Shown here piece after piece: positions 37,625 to 50,929 of a DNA stretch of 64,000 nucleotides. A program made the position numbers and the translations under genes. The first letter of the stretch is position 1. Every line of letters begins with the position of its first letter. The notes beneath the pieces are model-generated. The model was not told the DNA's origin. It made no database searches and saw nothing but the letters and a program-made list of their open reading frames with translations. Source of the DNA: Dimorphilus gyrociliatus (lineage: Eukaryota > Animalia > Annelida); contig CAJFCJ010000014.1 of assembly GCA_904063045.1 (NCBI GenBank), positions 1,857,643-1,921,642 on the forward strand, given 5' to 3'.

Positions 37625-40600
37625 TTATATAGATTGTTCGTCAGACGAACTATCCGGCGTACGTAATACAGATGAACTTTCTGACTTGCCGCTTTTTACG
37701 CTAACAACAACTGAACTTGAACTCGTCGATCTTTTTCGTTGTTCAAGCTGCTGTTGAACATTGGTCATAAAAGTAGTTGCAGCTCGAACGCCTTCAGTTT
37801 GGAATAAATATGAGTATACTTGATTGGTGAGATGTGGATTGTTCAACAGTTGCTGAGGCACAACAGCGTTTAGAGCCGACGGTGGAGGAAATGCAGTGGG
37901 GCTCACGTGAGGGCAAGTTGTTATGTGAATCTGCAGTGGGTTTGAAGTAGTGTGAGACATAGTTTGCGTAGTTGTTGAAGATGAAGTAGAAATTGTCTGA
38001 GCGGTTGATTCAACGGGAGTAGACTCTCCCGAATCTGACGATCCCTTACTAGAGGATGGTGCCGCTCCATTCCTATTAAAATTCTTACGCTGGGGTCTCT
38101 GTTGTAAAATTTGTCTATGTCCTCGTTGTTGCTGTTGTGGTACGAAAAGAGGTTGTCCGGAGTAGACATTAACAGGACCCCACATGAGATTATTAAATGT
38201 TGGTCTAAATATGAAATTATGCATATAAGGTGCAGCAGGGAAAGTCGGATAGAATGGTTGAGGATGATAGGGAGGAGGCTTAACACTGTTTCCAGTTTGC
38301 CTCATTCTTAAAGGAACATATTCAGGCGCTAATGGATTGAGTAAAGAGGCTTTTAACAGTTCTACTTTGTTGAGTAAAGCGTTTAAGTGCACCCACGTCA
38401 TTCCGAATAAACTTTTGGATTCGTGACAAATTTCAATGTACTTTTCCCATAATTTTCTGCATTTTCCAATACTACATAGCGATACAGGATCTCCAATAAC
38501 AGCAACAAGACTTTGAGCCCTAGTAACTGCAGTATTTAGTAGTTTAGCGTTTGACAAGAAACCGTAATCTACATCGTCATCAGTATCATTTTTGCAAGTA
38601 TGACTAGTTCTCACAGTTGATATAAAAACGGCTCGAAATTGTTTTCCTTGAACATTCAATACGCGTTCAACTGAAACCATCGGTCGCATTCTTTTCCTAA
38701 ATTCGGACCTAATTCGAGCTACTTGTTCACTATAATAGGTAAGTACACCAATTGAACTCTCGTTTATTTCTCCCCATTCTTTTGGCCATGTCTTAATCAA
38801 CTCTTCAACTTGTTCTACTATTTCGTAAACTTCAGCATCGTTATGATAGGATGTTGAATTTGTGATTTGCTTATCCTGACCTCTTGCGGTAAAAAAGCAC
38901 AGAGGATGTAATCTAAAATGCTTAAATTGAGATCCCCTCGATAATAATTGAGCATCGTAGAAGCAGGAGCTTGTATACTTTACAATATCTTCGTGTGATC
39001 GATAATTTTCGATAAGTAAGATTTTGCACGGATGTTGATGAGGATAATATTGATAGAGTCTTTCTAAAAGAGAAGTTCCTAGTCCCTTTTGGCGTGCGTA
39101 ATCTGAATGAATTTCTGGACCTAATTGCATATGGTCACCAGCAAGAACAATTCGTGTGTTACCTCCCGCGAAACATAATGGAAGTAAGGTGTGAGGTTCC
39201 TGGGCTTGGGCAGCCTCGTCAATAAGAATATGTGAAAAGGCGCCAGGTTGAAGATCTAAGGAAAATAAGTAACTACTTGTCGACAAAGTGCAAACAACAA
39301 CGCGATGAGAAGCTAAATCATGACGTGTAGGCTGTCGAAAGGTGTCACCGGAGCAACTGTTATTAACTAGACAGTATTTGAGAACGACTGGATCCAGTGT
39401 TGATTTCCACCGTTTGCGGTACATGACCCTTAGAGGTCTGGCTTCCTGTCTTCCAGTGCTCTCAACATATGGATGAAAATATTCTTTGATATATAAATCC
39501 GCTGCGCTATTGGAATGTGTACAGATCAGCAAATTACAGTTTGGCTGGGCTATTAATTGCAAAGCTGCTTGGGCCAGAGTAAATGTCTTTCCAGTTCCAT
39601 ATGGGCCTGCTAATAGAATAGGAGATAGACTTCCTGTTGCATTAGCTGTAATAGCTAAAACTGCTTCCTTTTGTTTAGCATTTAATCTTGAATCCAGGGC
39701 AGGACTCCATTGCCTGACAGGAGACCACGGAATTGGTTGAACATGTTCAAGGGTTGGAAATAGTACTTGATGCATTTGAGTGAATTCCTGCAGAGCGTAT
39801 CTCATTTGACACAAATGCAAACGATTTATTTCGAATTGAATCTGTTAAGAAATATAAGAAATAGATAAAAACATTGCACCAAAGGTCACGGGTTAATCGA
39901 ATAATACGAAATTTATACTTAGAATTTTCTTTGCTTTTGTTACTTACTTGAAATTGAACGTGCATATCGCTTTTCAATTGTAAATCTCTAGTACAAGCAG
40001 GGGAAAGACGTAGGAAGAGGAAATTTTTCCCCCTTTCTTCTACCTGAGCTTCGTAAATCTATTGAAAACAGGAAGTTAGCATGAAAGTTAATAATAGCTG
40101 AATTGGCAATGAAGTGATATAATTTCTTTATTGACATACTAGGTAAATGAAAGAAATCGCTTACCACAGAAGGTAATGAATCTTTGTTATACGTGGATGC
40201 AGGACAAATATAAACCGTATTAACATATTGCAGTATCAGTCTTCCATGTGACGTATCTTCTGAAATCTGATATTTAAAACATGAAACGAATGAGTAATTG
40301 CGTATTTAATAAATTAATATAAGCTTTTAAGTTGCTCTTACATCTTGCTGCAGCTGTAGACGACCGAATAACTGACCATTTTGAGCAAACTTTAACCCAG
40401 AATTTAGGCCTGGTACTAAGAGAAACCTATCAACAATATCTACTGTTGCTGTTAAGTTATACTTGGAGACGCTAGCAGTCTGAGCCATTTCTTCTATGTC
40501 CAATAATGCTTGCATACGCTCCTTATAGTTTTCAAGACTTAATTCGCAGTGTTTCAGCGAAGATGGAATGGTATAGTGTTCCGCATTTGGAGGTTTGAAA

Positions 40601-41824
40601 GCGTCCAAGAAAGATTGCTCATCTTTGGAGAAGAAAGAGCGGGATTCAAAAGGTACAATTTGAACATTTTCCTGGATCCATCGTTTGGATAAAGTTAGCT
40701 GACTATTACTCGTCTTATCTTTTTCTATGATAGGGGTTGTTTCAACGCTAATCTGTTTGGCCAAAGCCGGTCTTGTACCGAAATCGAATACGATACGTTG
40801 TTTAAATGTCCCATAAATATCATTACTAAAAGCCACTTTGACTCTATAAACACTAGCCGACTTATCTGGAATTCTTGTATTCTTCCAGTGTTGACAGTTC
40901 CGCGGTAAATTCTGTACTTCTTGAGATCGTCGAGGACCTATTGTTATTGATGTTAAGCCAAAATTAGCTCGATTGGCGTCTTCCAACAGGAACACGTCCT
41001 TTAAATATTCTTTGCTAGTTAGCGTGAATGACCATTCGTGTTTGTAAGATTTACAGGATGATTGTACATTTAAATTAGTAGATGTGTAACATTTCACCCT
41101 ACTGATTGATTGCGCCATCTGCCAAAAAACATCGATCGATAATATTACACACAAGAATACAGTAAACAAAAGAGGATATTTAAAAAACAAACCGTTTCTT
41201 TTTCTCTAAGAAATGCTTTAGCAATTTTTAGTTCATCTTTAATATCTTTTGATGCACTATCAAATCGATTTTTCCATTCATACAACTCCTCTGTAGAATG
41301 GGCTCTTATACATTGGTCGCCCAATGAACATCGGCGATGTTGTTGAATACTAAGGGATATAGCAAGAATAAACATCCTCTAAATATTTACGTCATATTCT
41401 GAAAATCTTACGGTAAACACATAGAGTACTCGTTTGACGACAAACCGCGCGGAGGCGGGCGGTACTTGTAAATAGACTTTCGGTCCGTTTCCACAGGGGT
41501 AGATTCCTCTCCTTCTGGAGGTAATCTTTGAACGTTTGGAGAAGGAACATTTTCGGACTGTTTCAATAATTCAGATATTTTTTTGTTTATTAAATTTTAA
41601 GATCTATTGCCAAAATATAGATTTTACAAGAAAAATTAAAAATATTCTAATGAATACTTATATCAAAATACCTGTGCTGTTTCAACTTCAATTTCCTCTA
41701 TTTCGAGTTTTTCTGGCAAAACTAGTTTTTTGCCTTTTCTACTTTTATTCTATATTATTGATTGTTCAGTATAAATGGAATTTAACACAATGTCGGATAA
41801 CAATTGTTTACTGACCTTATCCAT
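37625..41824 (-). CDS. HELZ: Helicase with zinc finger (UPF1-like SF1 helicase)
   Basis: CCCH-like CSLGDQCIRAHSTEELYEW; FSNDIYGTFKQRIVFDFG; GPYGTGKT; DEAAQ; GDHMQL; ENYRSH; VQGKQF; NTAVTRAQ; PAM2-like LNPLAPEYVP. The ATG at 41824 is tentative. Confidence 0.93.
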
Positions 41825-42306
41825 TCTTCTTAGAGATATCCTTTATTTTAAAAAAGAGAATATTCCTCATAAAACATATGTACGTTGATATTTCTATCCT
41901 TCTGCACTGTAGAGTTCTGCATCGTGTTCTGTTTTTAAAGACATAAACATTTTAGGCTGGCAGGAAATTGTCAATTTAATTAGAATGCATTAATTAACAA
42001 ATGATTTAACATATATTCCTTTAGTTCAAACAAAATACGTCTTAGTTCAATCGTACTACGTCCATGAAAACGTTCAATTTTCTGAGATGAAATATAAATC
42101 ATTCTAAACTTACCTTAATATTGATTATTCGCATCAGCGGGTACTCATGATTAGCATAATGTTTTTATCACGTGATGTACTATAGGGTACCAGTTCAGAC
42201 TTGATACTGCTCTACGAGAATTTTATAGGAAGATTAAACCTACATTCCTTCGGAAAATTAGTCATAGGTTGGACAGTCAACCAATAAGCCGTATTGTAGC
42301 TCGACT

Positions 42307-42320
42307 ATCTCCTTGGAAAC
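42307..42320 (+). promoter_or_regulatory. X-box (RFX site) upstream of CFAP53
   Basis: ATCTCCTTGGAAAC matches RTHNYYWTRRNRAC at all 14 positions and lies about 200 bp upstream of a motile-cilia gene ATG. Confidence 0.7.
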
Positions 42321-42516
42321 GAAGCACCAAGCGCTGTTATAAATAAAGCAATAGCTCAATAACTCTCTGTTTATATCCGTTGATGTAAGTTTGGTCGAGT
42401 AACTTTGGAAAGAATATACTCAATTATTGTTAAAATTTAGATTGGATTCAAATAGTTAATTAACTGTTTTTTATTACTTAAAAACAATAGAGTATTACTT
42501 TGGAACGACCAACAAA

Positions 42517-44104
42517 ATGATGCTCTCAAGACCTCGTCGAACAAGAGAGATAACCGGTTCTCAGCCTCATTCAGTGGGTTTGGTAAGTTATTTCGGTATC
42601 TCGTATATTGTAATCTAGAACCATTAAAAACTTACAGATTGCCAAACCAACCAGTTCCGTTGCTCCGGATAAAATTGTTAGAGAGGCCAGAAGGCAGCAA
42701 GAACGACTGGAAGAGGCAGCACTGATAGCGAAGCAGAATAGATTAGCGGATATAAAAAGTGATTGGGAAACAACAACCAATAGAAAAATAATGCTAAATA
42801 ATGTTAAGTCGAAAATGGCAGGAATGAAGGCAGCTCGAACTGCTGAATTAGAAAATAGAAGAGAAAGATTAAGACAACTGTTGGGAAGAGAAGAAGATAG
42901 TTACATAAATGAGATGGTCAATAAAGAGGAAACACAATTGGAAAGACAAGCTAAAATGAGGGAAAAAGCTAGACTCTTAAGAGAAAAACGTGAAAGTGAG
43001 AGAAGGGCTTTTGCTCAAGAAAAGTTAGAGCAACAGTTTCGTTTACAATGTGAAGAATTACGAAGCACACAATCAAAGAGGAATGAGGATCTCTTAGCTG
43101 CTGAAAGATTGGAACAGATCAGGGAGAAGGAACAAAAGAAGCTGGATGAAAAGAAACATGAAGAATTCTACCACAAAATGTGGGAGGCTGATATTGCAGC
43201 TAAAACTAAACGAGAAGAAGAGGATGAAAGAAAGCGAATGGCCGGTAATGATGGTATGCTTGAAGTTCTCCAACAGCAAATTGCTGCTCATGAAATGCAA
43301 AAAGAAGAAGAAAAGAGAATAAAGAAAGAGGAAGAGAATCTTTTAGCCGAATCAAGAAGATTGAGAAAGATTGAAGAAGAAAGAGCTCTAAGGGATAAGC
43401 AAATGCGAGGACGTGAAACTAGAGAGATGCTAGACCGTAGTATTAAATTGAAAGAACAGCGCAAAGCAAGAGAACTACAAGAAGAACTCGCTTTCGATAT
43501 GAAACAGCTCGAAGAACTTTTAGAGGCTTCCAAGAATGAAATAAAAGAGCAAACTCAGAGGAAGAAGGAGCTTCGTGAAGAGGACGCCCGATACAGACAG
43601 TATTTACGTGACCTAAAAATACAACAACAGAAAGAAGAAGAGGAAATGGATCGTATTTGCAATTTACAAATACAAGACGCCTATCGTAAGCAAACTGAAC
43701 AGCGTCGTCTCGAAAGAGAAGCAAGAAAGAAGCTTTTTAATAGAATAATTGCCGAGAGACGTCAGCAAATAGAAGATCGTATAAAAGAGAAGGAAAGGGA
43801 AAAAGAGATGAATCGTATTCTCGCCGAACAACAAAAGAAGGTCTTTGAACAGAACAGACTAGAAGATTTGGAGAAGCAGAAATTAGCCAAAGAGAAGCTA
43901 AAAGCTCATCAATACGACATTCTCGGACAAATTGAATACAATAACAGGCAAAGGGAAATAGCTTTTCTGGAAGAAGATAGATTAAATCTAGCTCAAAATG
44001 CAGCTGAAGCTGAGTACAGAGCTAAAATTGCCGAAGCTCTTCAAGACGTTAGCGACCCGTATCTACATCCCATGAGAAAGGCTTTATCCGCTAAAAGACG
44101 ATAA
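42517..44104 (+). CDS. CFAP53: Cilia- and flagella-associated protein 53 (CCDC11), coiled-coil
   Basis: MMLSRPRRTREITGSQPHSV; RRERLRQLLGREEDSYINEM; AQEKLEQQFRLQCEELR; C-terminal HPMRKA. Confidence 0.88.
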
Positions 44105-44392
44105 ACATAAAAATAGGCCTAAACATTCTAGTTTTCTTTACTATTGTCAAAGAGAATAGAAAATGATAATTGTACAAAATTAATTATAAATTATAATTTA
44201 ATCCACAAATGTTTTTTGTCCAACGTTTGTTTTTTTTTTTAAATTTTATGCATAGGAGGTTTTGGGTTACTTTTCAGTTCCTTATCTTTCTAATTCTTCC
44301 ATCTTTCCTGTTCCGTATATCCTTTCTCTGCTCTTGTCCATTCTTGTATCTCTTTCTTCAACTGTTACAGTATATTTTGTACAATGAAAACT

Positions 44393-44394
<2 letters not shown>

Positions 44395-44426
<32 letters not shown>

Positions 44427-44427
44427 G
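44395..44427. repeat. (GACA)n/(GA)n microsatellite
   Basis: gagagagacagacagacagacagacagacagag. Confidence 0.85.
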
Positions 44428-44742
44428 AAATGAAAAAAAATATACGAGCTTCGGAAAGAAAGAAAAAGAGATGGAAATAAAAACAGGAAGAGAAAAAGAG
44501 AGAAATAGGTGGAAAGGAGGGAGAAAGTTAAATATGCTGTATAATTTCAATACATATCATATATAAATTCAATTATAATATTGCAGTTGTTGCAGTTTCA
44601 AAAATATCCCGTGTGTATCAATATACAGTATAAGTTTTAGGTTGTACGATATTTTTGCAGGTGGCGCCCGACCAAGGTCGTGTGAACTTTTACCTAAGTA
44701 ATATTGATAGGGCCATTGAAAGAGAAAGAAAGAAACGTAAAA

Positions 44743-45251
44743 ATGGCAAATAAGAAAGTCTTTTGTTTCTTGAGAGTTATTGTATTAATAGCAATGTTCA
44801 TCTCTCTTTTCTGCTATATTGGAGTGGTTCTAGCAGCTAAGAACGAAGTCATCTGGAAATCACCTAAACTAACGAAGGAGTAAGGAATTTTATATTAGAT
44901 TTAGGACATAACGTTCTTTTAATTCTTTATAGCGTCTGTGATATAATCTTCTGGATAGTTACTAGCTTTGGGGTGGCTAGTACCTTACTGTCAATTTGTT
45001 TTCATTGCTGTCTGTCATTGGGAAATTTTCGGTCAAAAACTCCTTTAGATCCAGCTCCACGTCATTCTCCTTCTACTCTTCCTCCTCAACACCATCTTTC
45101 TCCGTTAGCAGATAATTACAAGGTTGACACTGCGATTTCTTACAGTGGATGCGATAGTTCCGCTGAGCCACGATGTAATTCTTACAATTCTGACGAAGAA
45201 GGTTGCTCACGGCCTCCCCCGTATAATCCATCAATGGTGTATCCTGCTTAG
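44743..45251 (+). CDS. Small orphan membrane protein (two hydrophobic segments, Cys cluster, C-terminal PPPY), 2 exons
   Basis: Exon 44743-44879 and exon 44933-45251 are joined in phase by a GTAAG...TTTATAG intron: MANKKVFCFLRVIVLIAMFISLFCYIGVVLAAK...DVCDIIFWIVTSFGVASTLLSICFHCCLS...RPPPYNPSMVYPA*. Confidence 0.7.
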
Positions 45252-47608
45252 GAGAAAATTAGATAAAAGAATAAAACTTTTCTTAGGAAGGAAGTAAAAT
45301 AAAAAACTGATGGAAAAGAATTGAATTATGTTTTTTTCGCTTTGTTTACTTGACCTTATTTTTTATTCCATACGTTTCTCATTCTTTGATGAGATAGCGC
45401 TGACAAAACTCCTTAAGGACATTTTGCAGAGTTAATGACATTCTTTTCTTACTTAACAATTCGTGGAATCATTTATAATTAATGAAGATTTGAAAACTAT
45501 AGGCTAATTTTCCTAATCAATCTATTTTTCCATATTTACATAATTGTCTTATATATGAAAAAAACTACGTTATCATTATTGATAAAGAGTACAGTAGCGT
45601 ATATACTGCATATACTGCATATGTTGTATATACGTAGTATGAAGATATATGTTAAGGATATTTACAAATGAGCAATTTAATCTGATTAATTTTTTGCAAA
45701 GAATAAATCGAGACTTATTTATGCAAAATAGCAGCATGAATAACTATAAATGAATACATTATCCCAGAAAAGATATCAGTATCAATTTCCATATAATATG
45801 AAGCTGTCAGTGCTGAATTTATTAAAACATTTTAATCAAAAATTTGTCTATCTGTCTGTTTCTTTCTCTACTTTTAAATAATATATATATACCGGATATA
45901 TTGTATATATATATATATATATAATCGTAATACGGCATATATCATTATCACGGATCAGTTGTCATATGATATTTAAAGAATCTTTATTTTTATGATATAA
46001 TTATGCATCCGAGAGTTTTTTCTCTTTGTCTGTGGCTTTTCATTGTATCCCTTAATTCTTATTCTTTGTTTTCTTTACAGAACAAAAAGAGTCCTTCTTT
46101 ATTTACATTCGAAATTCATTTATACTAATATATTATATTTTTGGCCTACATAGAGTATTATTTTAATTTATATAAAATACTAACAAATGTTATAAATTCT
46201 TTATTATCACTTTTTTTTCATCCATGAGAAATGGCTGTTTAATACTCTTCCTTAGGGAATTTTGATGTCTGAAAAAAAAGCTTGTGCTACTTGCCATGAA
46301 TTTTATCTTCTCTCTCACGCATTCTACATTTTATTTTATGTTACTTTTAATAAATTAAATGTCAATCTTATCGTATCTTAGTATCTTATCAATTTCAAAT
46401 TTCCTCCTAACTAATATATGATGTGCAGAAGTAGTTAATGACAAGAGTCGAAGGTTAATTACTCAATTCCATTCACTGAAGAAAATAAAACATGGTTTGA
46501 CTTTGACATAAAACTAGGCCATTGTTATCTGTTTTAGATGCTGTTTTCTAATTTAATAAAGACAGAACCAAGCATAGTCGACGTAGGTGAAGAGACAAAG
46601 AAGAGAGGGACTGTTGTGGAGAGATAGAGACAGGATGCTTAAGACATAATGCCTCGAATATTCGCTTGTTGTTACTTGATAATCAATAATTAGTAATTAA
46701 CAAAGGAATAGTGCTCTGCATACAAAATAGACTTTATTTTGAATCAAGTATGACAAATGGCTTAATTAAAATGATGATATTGTTATACTTGACAATATAT
46801 CTATAATTTTCACGTCTGATACATTAATTTCCTCATTTAATTACATACAATATTTTCTCTGTGTTGCTTTTAGCATTATTATTAACACCTGACTTTTATC
46901 TGTCTTTGTGTCTTGTTTCCCCCGGGTAAGGATTCTGATTGCAGATACAGTATAAATATATATAGGGAGAGAGAGGGAGAGAGAGAGAGAAAAAGAAACA
47001 AGAGAGACAGAAAAGAGACAGCAGATAAAAAAAAGCAGACGGGGGAAGTCGGGGACAAGAAACTGATGACTTTAGCTTATTTTAAAATTTCAAAATTAAT
47101 GACAAATAGAATATCAGCTGAAGTTATGTTTATATTTTGGTCTCCTATTTATAATCTATTGTACAGACAATATACGTTAGATATAAACTAATATTTATAC
47201 AATTAGATCAATTTTTCTCTGATAAACATTTTATGCCCTTTAATTTGCATATATCAAATATTTCATTCTTTTCTCAATAAAAATTCTAAATAAATAATTC
47301 TGAAAGAAACGTATTGGTAAAAAAAAAGAACGAAAGAAATTATTTTAATTATTTATTTATCCTAATTGTTTGATTTCAGAACGCGTGTATAATATTATAT
47401 ATTAATAAAAGGGAAATATACATGTGTTGATTTGTTTATTGCGTATATTGTATCTATATATATATAATGTATATATTATAAATTCTGGTCAGGAGTGAGT
47501 AGGGGGAGTGGGTGTGAGGGGAAGACATGGCGGGAATGGAGTGTTTTACTTGTATATACCGGTTTCGTTTTGTTTTAAGAGTGAATCTTTTGCCTAGTTA
47601 AAGTAACC

Positions 47609-49204
47609 ATGAATGGGGCATCACACGCCCTTAAACGCTTGAATTGCAAGGACTTGATTAGCTATTTGAAAACTTTACCTCCTTTTATATTAGAAGAACT
47701 CTATAACAATCCAGCGACATGCTTAGCGGTTTTCAGGAACCTGCCAGAAGTGGCAAGACACTATGTTATGCGGCTTCTCTTCGTGGAGTCACCAGTGTCG
47801 CAAGATGTTATTAAACACTGGGTAGTAAAGGGTGAAGTAGAAAAACATGAAAAATCTATTGAAGCTCTAAAGGAATTACAAGTTTGGGATCATAGCCCTA
47901 TCCCGGGTGGTCTACCTGGATGGAAGTTAAAGCCAACGTTTCGCCAAAATTTTAAGGTTTTATTTTCTTTTAAAAACCCTCAGATTAGGTGATTTAATAG
48001 GAATTAATTATATCTAATCCAAATTTTTGTTAAATGCTATTTTCTCTGTCATTATTTATTATTATTTGATTTCCTCCTGAATTGAATTAGGTTGTTATGC
48101 TCGGTGGTGGAACTTCATGGACAAGGGGCTCTGCTCTAGAACCGGACAAGTATACAAAAGATGTAGACTCACTAGAGAAATATGCTATAGATAGATGGGA
48201 ATGCGTTTTAAACTTTCTCGTTGGATCACCTTCATCCAGAGAAATGCTCACAGCTGATATAATAAATTTAATTGAATATTCAGGTCTAATGACTAATTCT
48301 GAAAATAACCATTACATTACTCCTGCTGGATTCCAATTTCTCCTGATGGACACAGCAAGTCAAGTATGGTATTTAATTCTACAATATCTGGATACCGTCG
48401 AAGATAGAAGAATGAATTTAGTTGAAACTTTAACATTTTTATTTGAAATTAGTTTTGCAAGTTTAGGAAAAGAATACTCGGCTGAAAAATTAACTGACGG
48501 CCAATCAAGATTTTTACAACATTTACGAGAATTAGGTTTAATTCATCAAAGGAAAAGAAAATCGGGAAGATTCTATCCAACCCGATTAGCAATTGATTTG
48601 GCCAATGGCTGTTCCAATACAATCTCGGAGACTGTTAATGGTTTTATAGTAGTCGAAACAAATTATAAGGTTGATATTATATATTAAATAACTTTCAAAA
48701 CTAATTATTTCCGTTAAATTATATAATTTTCACTCTGATTGTAATATCCAAAAACAGATCTACGCATATACGAACTCTCCGCTTCACACTGCCCTCCTAG
48801 CCTTATTTTCTGATATTTTGTGTCGATTCCCTGGTTTTGTTGTGTCAAACTTAACAAGGGAAAGTGTAAGAAACGCTCTAGCTCATGGTATAACTGCCTA
48901 TCAGATAATTAACTATTTAAAAAGTTACGCTCATCCTCAAATGTTGAAAAATAAACCTATCTTACCTCCAACGATAACTGATCAAATACGTATATGGGAA
49001 TTAGAAAGAGATAGAATATCCTACAACGAAGGAGTGTTATATAATCAATTCTTGTCTCAGAATGATTTTGAAATCCTAAAAGAACACGCCAGAGAGAGAG
49101 GAGTTTTAATTTGGAGTAATACGGCAAAAAGAATGATGGTGGTATCCTTAGAAGGACACGACGATGTAAGAAGATTTTGGAAGAAACGAAAACAAGATAG
49201 CTAA
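47609..49204 (+). CDS. GTF2H4: TFIIH subunit 4 (p52/Tfb2), 3 exons
   Basis: [45 protein letters not shown]|[28 protein letters not shown]. Confidence 0.96.
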
Positions 49205-50929
49205 AAATAAATATATAAACAAAAGAAATATTTTCATATCATTCAATTGTAAACTAAGTATTTACGCATTTTGATTGCTATATTTACTTTTCTTGTATAA
49301 TTTTTATTATAAAGCAACTTGTTGGCTGGAATTGAAAATATTGTGATACTATTTCAGAAAAATATTATAGAACGCAGAGTGCTTTCTAATTTAAAACATG
49401 TCGATACAATTAATATATTCATACTTGATTTTTGTTTGTTTTTCATTTTAATATCTAGTTAATAATATAATTTGATTTCTCTTCTTCCTATTTCTATTAT
49501 CCAATACTTATGGGAAAGAGGGGAAGAGAAAAAAAAAGAGAGAGAGGGTGGAGAAAAGCAATTTTTGAGAAGAATACTTTATCTCTGAAATAAATCTATT
49601 GAGCATAATTCGTATAAAACGTAATCATTCAAGCATACCATTTTACTATTCCCTCTTAGCTCTACTCTATTTTGCTTTCGTTCTGACGCAATCTGCCTGT
49701 CTCTGTCGCTCTCTGTCCTGTCTCTGTTTGCCTCACTACCCTCTCTCCCCCCTCCCCTCCCTGTGCTCGTGCTATATCACTCACCCATTCTTCTGTTGGC
49801 CTATTGTCTATTTCAAAGAGGCCTATAAATAATTTTACAAAGGTAATAAAACGATTGCACGTACGGCTTCTATCTCAAAAGGTAATTAAATAGTGAACAT
49901 AGGATATTAAGCAAGTATTTAAAATATCTATGAATATTTAATAAATAGAAGGTATAAGAAAAATATACGATTAAAGGAGGATTTAGATGATAAAATAGAT
50001 GTCACTGTTGAAGTAGTTGTATGAATATATTGAACAGAATTTTAAATTAGCTATATTATAAAATAATCAGAGGTCAGATAGCTTAAAATAAAGATCAATT
50101 AAAGATAAATATATATTTTCTAAAAAACAAGAAAATGTGTAAAAGATTCGACAGAAAAAAAGACTCATTACTGTCGTCTCCATAACACGGAATAATAATC
50201 AATTCTTATTTGATATTCATTGTTCAATCTTTTTTTTTAACAGAGTTAACAAGGATAGACTTCCTCTCTCCTACTCATCTCTGTGTTCTTTTATTATCAG
50301 ACTTTTTTTGCTCTTATTAGATAAATAACAAGATAATATCTAAAGAATATCTACTATGAATAGAAGTAAGTAAATAGTAAATTATTTTGATATTAAATGT
50401 AATTACAATATATTATAGTTGCAAAATATACAACTAAAAATGTATACATATCTATATATATATACAGTATATATCTAATTGTATCAAGAGAAATATAATA
50501 GATTGTTATATAGAGGTATATATTTCATATTTCTAAAATGATAAACAATAGTAAAGCAGCATTTTTTTTTGGATCATTTCCTTTTTAACTGAAAACTCTT
50601 AATTTCTATTCTTCTTTTCTTTATTTTTAATTAAAAGTATTGATATTATAAATAAAAACGAAGAGAAAAAGTTATTTTTAAAATGAACTGCTATTAATAA
50701 TTAAAATGTCATATATCAATCTTGTTTGAATTCTATTACTGACAGGTTTGCCCACTACTATACTCTAGAATGTTTAGCAATACGCCTTTTATGGCTTATA
50801 GACCGTTTTATATATATATATATATTGTTAGAATGTGTTGTGTTTTAAAGATATAGACAGATAGGTTTTCTTTTTTTTTCTGTACGTGTTTTTTCGTGTC
50901 TCTTTCTACTTTATTCTTTTGTTTAGATA

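Noticed and set aside
41836-41844. ATATCCTTT, an AT-AC U12 donor consensus on the plus strand
   Set aside because: It is the reverse complement of an ordinary AAAG|GATAT acceptor of minus-strand HELZ, and no plus-strand gene covers it.
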